From IMG/VR virus record IMGVR_UViG_3300005337_000441, positions 151,769 to 215,768 of that record: 64,000 nt of DNA. One strand, written 5' to 3'. Shown piece by piece: positions 56,091 to 64,000 of the stretch; the stretch's first letter is position 1, and every line of letters begins with the position of its first letter. The position numbers and the translations under genes are program-made. The notes under the pieces are model-generated. The model did no database searches, had not been told where the DNA came from, and saw only the letters and a list, made by a program, of their open reading frames with translations.

Positions 56091-57716
56091 ATGAACGCAC
56101 TCATGAGTGAACTCATGGCTCGCCATACGCCGCAGATGAACGCCGCCGTCATGAACGGCCTGGCCTGCCTGCACATGCGCGGCGCCCAGGAGTACATCCA
56201 TCGCGTCTTTCTCGGTGTGAACAAAAGCCTGGAAAGTCATGGGCTCAAGTACATCGGCTACGAACCCTGCACGCCCGAGGAGGCGTATGGGGAAGCCACG
56301 AAGGTGCGCAACAACAAGCGCGTCTTCGACATCGCTCAGACCAGCATCTACATGGTGCGCTACAAGTTTGAGTTCAACGGGAAACCCATTCCCGACCGCT
56401 ACATCTATCTGCCCTACGTCGAGGACGGCGGCCTGATGCACATCAGCGGCTCCTTGTATCACCTCTCGCCGGTGCTCTCCGACAAGGTGATCTCGCCCGA
56501 TACGCACAGCATCTTCGTGCGACTGCTGCGTGACAAGGTGACGTTCCGTCGCTGCTACCATTCGTTGGTGATCAACGGGGTGCGTGAGACGGTGCAAGTG
56601 GTCTGGTCGCAGATCTACCGCAAGCAAACCGACAAGCGTCGCATCCAGGCCACTACCAAGGCCGAGACGACGGCAGCTCACTACCTGTTCGCGAAGCACG
56701 GCTTCAAGGACACGTTCCTGCGCTACACCGGGATGGTGCCGCAGGTGAGCGAAGGCGGCTTCAGCGCTCAGACGCATCCGCCCGAGCAGTGGATCCTCTG
56801 TGAGTCCTCGGCCACGTCCACCCACGTCAAGCCGCGCACCTACATCGGGGAGTACTACAACCCCACGCGGATCCAGCTCGCGATTCCTCGTGAATCGTGG
56901 ACTCCGATGGCGCAGTCGCTGGTCGAAGGTTTCTTCTACGTCGTGGATCACTTCCCCGACCGCTTGAAGGCCGAACACCTGGAGAGCACCGCGCTGTGGA
57001 TGATCCTGCTCGGACACATCATCTTCAGCGGCCAGTTCGGCGAGAACAAGCTGTACCAAGACATCCAAGAACACTTCAAGTCGCTGGACGAGTGCGTGGA
57101 CCAGATCATCGCTGAGAAGTTGGCGGAGATCGGGTACAACATCAACAACTTCTACGACCTGATGGCCATGGTCATGGGCACCTGGAACGATCTGGTCTCC
57201 ACAACCGAGCGTTCCAACTTGTCCATGTACGGCAAGAACCTGGAGATCTTGTACTACGCGTTGTATCCGATCACCTCGGATATCTTCCTGGTGAACTTCA
57301 AGCTCAACAAGCTGGCGAGCAAGAAGAAGTTGACGGACAACGACGTCATCGAGACGTTCAACCGCAATTTGAAGGTGCGTGCTATCTTCGAGCTCAGCTC
57401 CAACTCGCTCGTCGCCGAGCCCGTGTCGTACTCCGGGGACCACAAGTACCCGAAGATCACGTCGCGACTGGCCAGTCAGGAAAGCTGGCAGGGTCAGGGT
57501 GGACGCCGCAAGCGTCTGGTCATTGGTCCTGACCAGTACCTGGACACGAGTCAGATCGAAGTCGGCAGCGTGTTGTTCCTCTCCAAGAGCAACCCGTCGC
57601 CGGCCACCAAGATCAACCCGTACGTGCACATCGACCTTGGCACCAGCACGGTGGTTCGCAATCCCGAACTCATCGAGACGCTGGAGAAAACGCAACGACT
57701 TCTGGACAAGAGATGA
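56091..57716 (+). CDS. Non-virion RNA polymerase subunit, N-terminal beta part (phiKZ gp123-like)
   Basis: 541 aa; YEPCTPEE, RYIYLPYV, SPVLSDKVIS, IFVRLLRDK, EVGS, INPY; position after MCP. Confidence 0.8.
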   Translation: MNALMSELMARHTPQMNAAVMNGLACLHMRGAQEYIHRVFLGVNKSLESHGLKYIGYEPCTPEEAYGEATKVRNNKRVFDIAQTSIYMVRYKFEFNGKPIPDRYIYLPYVEDGGLMHISGSLYHLSPVLSDKVISPDTHSIFVRLLRDKVTFRRCYHSLVINGVRETVQVVWSQIYRKQTDKRRIQATTKAETTAAHYLFAKHGFKDTFLRYTGMVPQVSEGGFSAQTHPPEQWILCESSATSTHVKPRTYIGEYYNPTRIQLAIPRESWTPMAQSLVEGFFYVVDHFPDRLKAEHLESTALWMILLGHIIFSGQFGENKLYQDIQEHFKSLDECVDQIIAEKLAEIGYNINNFYDLMAMVMGTWNDLVSTTERSNLSMYGKNLEILYYALYPITSDIFLVNFKLNKLASKKKLTDNDVIETFNRNLKVRAIFELSSNSLVAEPVSYSGDHKYPKITSRLASQESWQGQGGRRKRLVIGPDQYLDTSQIEVGSVLFLSKSNPSPATKINPYVHIDLGTSTVVRNPELIETLEKTQRLLDKR

Positions 57717-58048
57717 TTCGAGACCTGGTCAGCTTCATACGAGCTGTCGAGACATTCGCATCGGAGAACGTGTCGGAGCTGGCGGAACCGCTAGCAGATG
57801 GCACGTTCGTTCACTCGACAAGCCCTGAGTTCTACCACAACGCCACCCTCGACCAGATGGAGCGTTTGCAGGACATTGAAAGCAGTGCAGCAGAAGTTTT
57901 GCTGGACGGCGCAGGGCTGGTCAATGAGCAAGTGAAAAACAAGCTCAAAGCAAAAGGCATGGAGGTCGTGAGACTCCCCGTGCGACTACAACCTCTCGTC
58001 TACGGATTGAAGACCCACCAGTTCACGATTCCCTTGTGCTTTGACTGA
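57713..58048 (+). CDS. Hypothetical protein
   Basis: ATGA overlap with the RNAP subunit gene. Confidence 0.55.
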   Translation: MIRDLVSFIRAVETFASENVSELAEPLADGTFVHSTSPEFYHNATLDQMERLQDIESSAAEVLLDGAGLVNEQVKNKLKAKGMEVVRLPVRLQPLVYGLKTHQFTIPLCFD

Positions 58049-58123
58049 CAAGGGCGGAGTCTGCTTGTAAGCGTTTTCAGTCATGTAAACTTTACGAGTA
58101 AGACCACCAAAAAGGAGATTTCC

Positions 58124-60022
58124 ATGGGTCTTCCGGTCCCTGCGGAATATCCGCTGACACCGATTGTGTACTTCGACGGGTCTCAACCCCCGTTCGTGCC
58201 GATGGTTCCCGTGATGCCCTCCGTGCAGCACGTGCTTCCCTCGGTGGCTGCAGCCGTCGCTAACGAAGCGGCGAGCAAGGCTCTGGCGAATTCGGCGCGC
58301 ATGTTTGCGCACAACCTGATCTCTCAGTCCAATTACGCCAATGGCGTCTTTGGTGAAGTGGTCAAGCTGTGCTGCGACTACGTTGCGCTGAACTTGGCCA
58401 AGGGCATTGCTCGCACGCCCGAAATGGCGATCCCTGAGGCTGTTCAGACCGTGCTGTCTTTGTACACCAGCACACTGCTCTTTCAGTATCCCGACTTGAG
58501 AGCGCTTGTTGACCAACGTGTCATCAATGCCGCTTCCGAGAATGCTCCACAGCTTGAAAATCTAAAGAAGGAGATTGCAGACATGCATCACTATCCACCA
58601 GGCCACGGGATGCCTGGACCGAGTGGCCCAACCGGCCATCTAGGCGGAGGCTATCAAGGCCACGGCCACGTGGGTGCTTATGCGCATGCACCTACGCCCG
58701 GCTACGGTCCTGGCAGTCACTATCCCGCCTACCCTCAGGGTGGTCACTACCCGATGCATAATCGCCCCTACGGCGGTCCTGCTCACGGTGGCTATCCTGG
58801 CGCTCAATATCCGAATGGCGGCCATCCGAGCCAACATGTCGGACACGGCAGCGGTTTTGGCCACCATGGTGGACGCACCATGTCGGTCAGCACTGCCCTC
58901 TCCCATGCCAGCGGCATGCAGGCCTCGCAAGCAAGCAGTGATCGCTTCGCGAGTCGTCCGCAACGCGGCGTGACTCATCATCAACAACAAAACCATCAAC
59001 CGGCGCCCGCACCTGCAACCGAGAAAAATGCTGTCGCGGCCGCCTCCGAGGAATTGACCATTGCCCAGGGGAGCGAAATGGATCGCGCTGCACACCAACT
59101 GACGTACTTCGGATCAGCCTACAACCAGGACCTGCGCCCCCGAGCGCAGCGCTTCATACAGTCGGCTGCTGCGATGACGGGTGCCAACGCGGACCAACCC
59201 CAGCAACACGTCTATTCGACGTGGCTCATGTGCTCGACGCTGGATGACGCCATCACGATGGGTCGCTCCAAGCAGTACGAGACCCAACAGGTCAACAGCC
59301 GCCAAGATATCTATCGCTGTTTCGCGGTGGTCGCACGACCCATCACGAGCGTGGAAGACATCGACGCGGTCATGAAGAAGCTCCTGGAAGCCAACAGCTT
59401 CAAGGGCCTCGCGACCAAGATCCATGCAACGGCCATCGCCCTGGAGCAATCCAAGGCGGAGATGAAGACCGAGGACCCCGACGCCATCGTGTCTTTCCTG
59501 CAGACGGTGGACAACCGGATGACGGACCTCATCAACGGCTTCCTGCAGATCAACATCGGTCTGGCAGGCATGAAGATCGACAGCTTCACCGAAGACGCAC
59601 CCGGCCTGCTCGACTACCTGGTCGGCAAGGGCGGCGGTCTGGCGCAAGCCTATCAGGAATTCGAGAGAGAAGTCTTCTCGGTTCTGAGTGGCGAGGAGTT
59701 CGATCAGGACGCCCTCTCGGCGGCCTACGAAGGTCTGGAGATTCCGCCTGGTCTGAAGTACACGACCATCCCGGAGAACTACTCCATCACCTTCCTGTTC
59801 ATGAACTCCCGTGAGCTCGGCTGGACGGTGGGTGATACGCCTGTGCGCGTCAACCGCCGCACGGCTCCCACGCTGCACCGGGTCATCGAGTCGCTGGTCG
59901 AACACAAGAAGAGCATGGGCCTGCCCACGCTCAACGACGTGATCGTCACCTCCGACAACACGACCTACCGCATCTATCGGGACTACCTGCGCGCAGGCGA
60001 GTACCTGATTTCGACGAAGTAA
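58124..60022 (+). CDS. Conserved phiKZ-like protein (gp124 position) with G/H/Y/P-rich disordered insert
   Basis: 632 aa; NSARMFAHN N-domain, low-complexity middle, KIDSFTED C-domain. Confidence 0.6.
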   Translation: MGLPVPAEYPLTPIVYFDGSQPPFVPMVPVMPSVQHVLPSVAAAVANEAASKALANSARMFAHNLISQSNYANGVFGEVVKLCCDYVALNLAKGIARTPEMAIPEAVQTVLSLYTSTLLFQYPDLRALVDQRVINAASENAPQLENLKKEIADMHHYPPGHGMPGPSGPTGHLGGGYQGHGHVGAYAHAPTPGYGPGSHYPAYPQGGHYPMHNRPYGGPAHGGYPGAQYPNGGHPSQHVGHGSGFGHHGGRTMSVSTALSHASGMQASQASSDRFASRPQRGVTHHQQQNHQPAPAPATEKNAVAAASEELTIAQGSEMDRAAHQLTYFGSAYNQDLRPRAQRFIQSAAAMTGANADQPQQHVYSTWLMCSTLDDAITMGRSKQYETQQVNSRQDIYRCFAVVARPITSVEDIDAVMKKLLEANSFKGLATKIHATAIALEQSKAEMKTEDPDAIVSFLQTVDNRMTDLINGFLQINIGLAGMKIDSFTEDAPGLLDYLVGKGGGLAQAYQEFEREVFSVLSGEEFDQDALSAAYEGLEIPPGLKYTTIPENYSITFLFMNSRELGWTVGDTPVRVNRRTAPTLHRVIESLVEHKKSMGLPTLNDVIVTSDNTTYRIYRDYLRAGEYLISTK

Positions 60023-60040
60023 GGTCACAAGCCTCACCAG

Positions 60041-60088
60041 CACATCCGCAGGCCGGTCAAGCCTGCGGATGTGTGTCATTTTCTTTTT
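60041..60088 (+). terminator. Intrinsic terminator
   Basis: cacatccgcaggc / gcctgcggatgtg then T-rich tail. Confidence 0.75.
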
Positions 60089-60100
60089 CAAGGATACACA

Positions 60101-60511
60101 GTGGCTACACAGGCCGAACTCTTAGAGCAGATGCGACCACTGTTGGTCGAGCTCGCTGCCATCGCTGACGGTGACTACAACGTCAATGAACGCAACCTCT
60201 GGAAACGTTGGTTCGGCAAAGAGCGCGGCGGTTGGCTGTACGTGGAGTCCAATGAAGATCGCGGCAAGATCGATATTGCGTCCGCATCCGATCGCACGAC
60301 GCACAATCCTCACGCCGGCAAGTACTACTCGGTCTCGTTCACCAAACACGGATCACTGGAGTACTTCATGGAGGCCATCCTGACCCTGCGGATCAAGTGG
60401 GATCACCACGGCAGGAGCTCCGTCGAAGATCTCCAACAGGCTTTCACGTTCGTGACTTGGTTGCACAAGAAACTCGTGATCGAGAAATACCCTCGCGCCA
60501 ACGATCAATAA
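60101..60511 (+). CDS. Hypothetical protein
   Basis: AAGGA SD, GTG 60101. Confidence 0.55.
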   Translation: MATQAELLEQMRPLLVELAAIADGDYNVNERNLWKRWFGKERGGWLYVESNEDRGKIDIASASDRTTHNPHAGKYYSVSFTKHGSLEYFMEAILTLRIKWDHHGRSSVEDLQQAFTFVTWLHKKLVIEKYPRANDQ

Positions 60512-60536
60512 ACCCACCTCTCTATTCGGAACCATC

Positions 60537-61544
60537 ATGACTCAAGAAAACAGCATCTCCGGTGAAGACCTGGAGCAAATGCGGCGTGATTCGACCGACC
60601 GGGCTGCACAAGAGATGAACTCTCTGCACGGTCGCGATCCCAACGCTCAGATGAACATCCAGATGGATGAGATCCTGGGTCACGCCAGCCAACAGGCCAA
60701 GAGCTACGACTCGTTGTTCGTCGAAGCCATCGGTCCGATGTTCTTGCTGCCTGAAGGCGAATCCTCGGTGAAGATCCGCTTCAACACCACGACGGCTGTG
60801 CGTCAGGTGCGCGAACTGCCCTGGGACAAGCTGCCACTCAAGGAAGATCGCACGGAAGAGCAGATCAAAAAGGAAGTCGCCTATCTGACCTTCAAGCGCC
60901 AGTGGACGCTTGTGGCCGAAGCGTTCCAACAGATGCTCTCGACCAAGGCATCGCTCGTGGACATCGACTGCGTGTTGCCCGAGGACATCGACTACAGGCC
61001 GTACTTCCACAGTGACGAAGTCAAGGTGGCCGACGTCAACGGCAGCAAGAACAAGGCCGAAGTCATCCGTGCTTGGCTGGAAGTGGCCATCGGCAAGATG
61101 GTGCACAAGTCCGGCTACCTTCAAGCGCACAAGAAGGCTTTCGACAAGGGTCTGACCGACGAGGACGGCAAGTCGCTGTACGTCAAACCCACCGTCTCGA
61201 TCCTCACGCCTTACAACAGCGTGATCGGTCCCTACCTCTTCGAGAGCAGCTCGATCGAGGTGGAGTACGAGTCGGCACCGACGGATAGCGACGAAAAGCT
61301 CACGGTGAACTTCATCCCTGTGCTGATGATGGGCGACCACGACTACTTCGCCATCTTCCATGCCGGCGAGCAAGAAGACGTGAACCTGCAAGCCGTGTAC
61401 TCCATGGGTGTGCTCGCACGCCGCCCCTCGCTGGCCATCGTCCACGGTCAAGGTGGTGATCGTCACGCACTGTGCGGCCTGAGCGCTGCCTTCTTCCCCA
61501 TCAACCCCGTCGTGCATCATTTCTCGATCGACGAACGTCTGTAA
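60537..61544 (+). CDS. Hypothetical protein
   Basis: 335 aa with phage codon bias. Confidence 0.6.
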   Translation: MTQENSISGEDLEQMRRDSTDRAAQEMNSLHGRDPNAQMNIQMDEILGHASQQAKSYDSLFVEAIGPMFLLPEGESSVKIRFNTTTAVRQVRELPWDKLPLKEDRTEEQIKKEVAYLTFKRQWTLVAEAFQQMLSTKASLVDIDCVLPEDIDYRPYFHSDEVKVADVNGSKNKAEVIRAWLEVAIGKMVHKSGYLQAHKKAFDKGLTDEDGKSLYVKPTVSILTPYNSVIGPYLFESSSIEVEYESAPTDSDEKLTVNFIPVLMMGDHDYFAIFHAGEQEDVNLQAVYSMGVLARRPSLAIVHGQGGDRHALCGLSAAFFPINPVVHHFSIDERL

Positions 61545-61555
61545 ACCAGGCCAAG

Positions 61556-61588
61556 AGCAGGTGGGGAAACCCCCTGCTTTATGCCGTC
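61556..61588 (+). terminator. Hairpin with TATGCCGTC box
   Basis: agcagg...cctgct then ttatgccgtc. Confidence 0.65.
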
Positions 61589-61707
61589 ACCGTAATTTAA
61601 TTCGATTGATGTCCTGATGGTTTGGAGCAGCTAGCTCCGACTACAATTCTTCATGCAGGTTGAGGGATATGGGACATCGTCGAAACCACCACGAGGGGGT
61701 CGATGAC

Positions 61708-61872
61708 ATGGAGCAACATGGCATCAATCCACAGTCCAGTCAAAGCCGCCATGGACCTGCCCCGTCTAAACGGGAGCTGCGGCAAATGTGCATTGCGAGA
61801 GATCGCAACAAAGCACGCACCACTTATCCCGAACGGGAACAGGAGCAAAGCGTGAGCGCGATGTTCCGGTAG
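61708..61872 (+). CDS. Possible small basic protein
   Basis: GAGGGGG upstream of ATG 61708; 54 aa. Confidence 0.35.
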   Translation: MEQHGINPQSSQSRHGPAPSKRELRQMCIARDRNKARTTYPEREQEQSVSAMFR

Positions 61873-61882
61873 AAAGGAATTG

Positions 61883-62518
61883 ATGGATTCCATTGACAAA
61901 AGCAATCAGGCTGATGTCTCATATGAGATGTTCGCGGAAACAATGATCCGCAAGGAGCCTGAATTTCCGAGCGTGCCTGACGCTGAGAAACTCACTGCAT
62001 TCAACGCACGTCAACTGGCGCTTGCGGATCCTGACTTCATGACGCAGATCGCCGCAGACCGGGAACTCGCCGCCCGTCGCTTCGACGACGCCGTACCCTT
62101 CGCAAGTGAGGTGATGGAGAAGTTGCGCAGCATCGCCAAGGAACACGATCTCATCATCGTGACGCCCAGCGCCAACAGCCGCTACAAGACCAGCTTCTTG
62201 CGCTTCGGTCAGAACGCGGGCAAGTCGGCGGCGGATGACCTGGTCTGGATCTCGTTGGAGCAAACTGGCCTGCTGGAGAAAGCAGTGATGAAGCTGGACA
62301 AGTTGAAGCCTCGCACTGAGGAAACCGACAACACCACTCGCGTCTTCGTCACTCACCGGCAGTTCGGCAAAGCCTTTGCGCAGGAGCAATATCGGCGTGG
62401 CGGCTTCGCTGACATCCCGATGGATCGCGACATGCGTTCTCGTTCTGAGCGACGCGGCCACCAACCCAAGAAGCAACTCAAGGGTCAGGACTATCTGAGC
62501 CTGCGCAAGGGGTACTGA
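61883..62518 (+). CDS. Hypothetical protein with C-terminal QDYLSLRK tag
   Basis: AAAGGA SD; C-terminal motif shared with the next two genes. Confidence 0.65.
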   Translation: MDSIDKSNQADVSYEMFAETMIRKEPEFPSVPDAEKLTAFNARQLALADPDFMTQIAADRELAARRFDDAVPFASEVMEKLRSIAKEHDLIIVTPSANSRYKTSFLRFGQNAGKSAADDLVWISLEQTGLLEKAVMKLDKLKPRTEETDNTTRVFVTHRQFGKAFAQEQYRRGGFADIPMDRDMRSRSERRGHQPKKQLKGQDYLSLRKGY

Positions 62519-62519
62519 C

Positions 62520-62840
62520 ATGCAGCCGCATGATCCGTTCTTCGATGGTCCTCGGGGGATGTTCCTGAAAACCAAACCTCACGTGGTCGAAGTCAAACTG
62601 TTTCCCGGTCAAACGGAATACAGGGACGGTAACCTTCAGGTGAGCATCCAGCCGAGCACAGCGATGACCACCATCACGATCTGCTACAAGACCGGTTCAG
62701 TTTCCGTGGATCCTCCGACCACGGTCAACTTGGTCTTCACCAGAACCGCCGACTACACGGGAGCCAACAAGCTTGCCCTCAAGCCTCGGCCTCCCAAGCA
62801 AAACTACCTCAACCTGCGCAAAGGAAGGTGGAACTCATGA
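62520..62840 (+). CDS. Hypothetical protein with C-terminal QNYLNLRK tag
   Basis: Starts 1 nt after the upstream stop; shared motif. Confidence 0.65.
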   Translation: MQPHDPFFDGPRGMFLKTKPHVVEVKLFPGQTEYRDGNLQVSIQPSTAMTTITICYKTGSVSVDPPTTVNLVFTRTADYTGANKLALKPRPPKQNYLNLRKGRWNS

Positions 62841-63367
62841 ACATCAACGACATCCTCAAGGATGGCGGCATCCCCAAAGGCAAGAAGATGGTCATCGTCG
62901 GTGGTGCGGGTCCTTGGATCGGTGCTCTGGCAGCGATCGCCGGTGGCGCCAAATCCGGCGACAAGGTGATCCTGGACGTCGAGTCCGATCCCCCGACGTT
63001 GGACGGCGTGGAGATTCAGCTCAACGCCACCTTCGACCGCCAGAAGTACCGCGAGTACCAACTCGATGCTGTCAAGTTCATCAAAGACAAGGTGTTGATC
63101 GTTGATGACGGCAATCCCTTCAAGGCGCTGGAACATCACTCCAATCTGATCGAGGCTCACCTCAACGGCAAGCGCGATCCCGAAATGCAAGCCTTCTTCA
63201 AGGACTGGGACCGCGCTGCGCAAGCAGACGGGTTCAACCTCACCGAGGCAACTCCGGAAGAGCGCCCCGAAGACCTGCCCAAGCGCAACGTCAACGGCAA
63301 GCGCATGGCCAACCAACCTCTCGATCGTCGTCAGAACTACCTCACCTTGCGTAACAAACGCTGGTAA
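62837..63367 (+). CDS. Hypothetical protein with C-terminal QNYLTLRN tag
   Basis: ATGA overlap; shared motif. Confidence 0.65.
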   Translation: MNINDILKDGGIPKGKKMVIVGGAGPWIGALAAIAGGAKSGDKVILDVESDPPTLDGVEIQLNATFDRQKYREYQLDAVKFIKDKVLIVDDGNPFKALEHHSNLIEAHLNGKRDPEMQAFFKDWDRAAQADGFNLTEATPEERPEDLPKRNVNGKRMANQPLDRRQNYLTLRNKRW

Positions 63368-63377
63368 ACACCCCGTC

Positions 63378-63427
63378 ACAGGAGCGCTCCCCAAAAGGGA
63401 GCGCTCTTGTTACACTTTCTTTTTTTA
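63378..63427 (+). terminator. Terminator closing the three tagged genes
   Basis: acaggagcgctccc / gggagcgctcttgt then T-rich tail. Confidence 0.8.
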
Positions 63428-63477
63428 TGCGGAATCCTCTGGGGTTAGACACCTTTACCCCGTGAAAGGAGGAGCCG

Positions 63478-63735
63478 ATGCTACAGGAGAAACAAGAACA
63501 TCCGCTGATTCTTGAATTGAAAAACCTGAAGTCGGCGATTGCGGCGTGTCCCGTGAGTCCTGAGCGTGAATACGCTTTGCACCGGGCCGATCTTGCAATA
63601 CGTTACGCACAGTCCGTCATTGGACTTTACGAAGGACACCGTGATCGGCTTGTCAACACAGCGCTCGATGTAGGGAAGATACCCAAGAAGTTCTCCGACA
63701 TCTTCAAACTTCCGTCATTCAACAAGAAAAAATAA
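63478..63735 (+). CDS. Hypothetical protein
   Basis: AAGGAGG SD, 85 aa. Confidence 0.55.
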   Translation: MLQEKQEHPLILELKNLKSAIAACPVSPEREYALHRADLAIRYAQSVIGLYEGHRDRLVNTALDVGKIPKKFSDIFKLPSFNKKK

Positions 63736-63765
63736 CTAGGGGCTGACCAACGTAGTCAGCGCCAA

Positions 63766-64000
63766 GTGTATCTCCTAGCTCACGAGGGCAGAGCGTTCAC
63801 AGTACGAAGGGAGTACTTTGAAGTGAAATTTAGCCATAGGGACCAGTTACTCGGGTTTGTTGCTGCTAGCGAGTACATCACCGTGAATGAAGTGCTCTGC
63901 AAGTCCTTGCAGGTCTTCAACATCTACGAACGCTCCGATGCGTTCCTGGAGAGTCGCGTTGGTGGAAGAACTGCCTATGTTGATCAGATGGACTATGTTG
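63766..64000 (+). CDS. Partial CDS running off the window end
   Basis: GTG-initiated frame (VYLLAHEGRAFTVRREYFEV...) has no stop before 64000. Confidence 0.45.
   Translation, partial: MYLLAHEGRAFTVRREYFEVKFSHRDQLLGFVAASEYITVNEVLCKSLQVFNIYERSDAFLESRVGGRTAYVDQMDYV

Noticed and set aside
51066-57716. Active inteins or group I introns in nrdA, nrdB or the RNAP subunit
   Set aside because: Frames are continuous, lengths are near expectation, and no splicing or homing-endonuclease motifs were seen; only the degenerate NrdA insert is reported.
1-64000. tRNA/rRNA genes, stop-codon recoding, or prophage/host junctions
   Set aside because: No cloverleaf or rRNA-like segments were seen in the short intergenic gaps; genes are intact under the standard code with TAA, TGA and TAG all used as stops; content is phage-like throughout.

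Overview
This 64 kb window is part of a GC-rich phiKZ-like jumbo phage genome (the nucleus-forming, Chimalliviridae-type group). It is not bacterial chromosome. The assignment rests on recalled motifs and gene order, with no database search: a block of head and inner-body proteins with A/S/G-x-E prohead-protease sites, a divergent DnaB-like helicase next to a 721-aa phiKZ-gp120-type major capsid protein (MCP), and a 541-aa gp123-type non-virion RNA polymerase subunit. Order of modules: virion head/structural genes (1-15 kb); tail-fibre module with paralogous fibres, then a holin-like protein and a signal-peptide transglycosylase (16.5-28.5 kb); dTTP module tmk/thyA/folA plus a histone-H1-like gene (28.6-32.8 kb); hypotheticals; dnaB on the minus strand; MCP; a 10-kb block of small accessory genes; class Ia nrdAB; nvRNAP subunit region; terminal accessory genes. 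I saw no tRNA, rRNA, CRISPR array, integrase or transposase. Most notable observations: (1) three adjacent, otherwise unrelated genes (61.9-63.4 kb) share a C-terminal Q[DN]YLxLR[KN] peptide and look like patchworks of broken NTPase/nuclease motifs, a possible tagged-decoy system; (2) a gene at 47.6-48.6 kb fuses an H1-like Lys/Ala tail and a Pro linker to a stand-alone copy of the MCP central domain; (3) about 12 terminator hairpins are followed by an orientation-specific (T)ATGCCGTC-like box; (4) an exact ACATATACT promoter-like motif occurs six times. phiKZ gene-number assignments are tentative.
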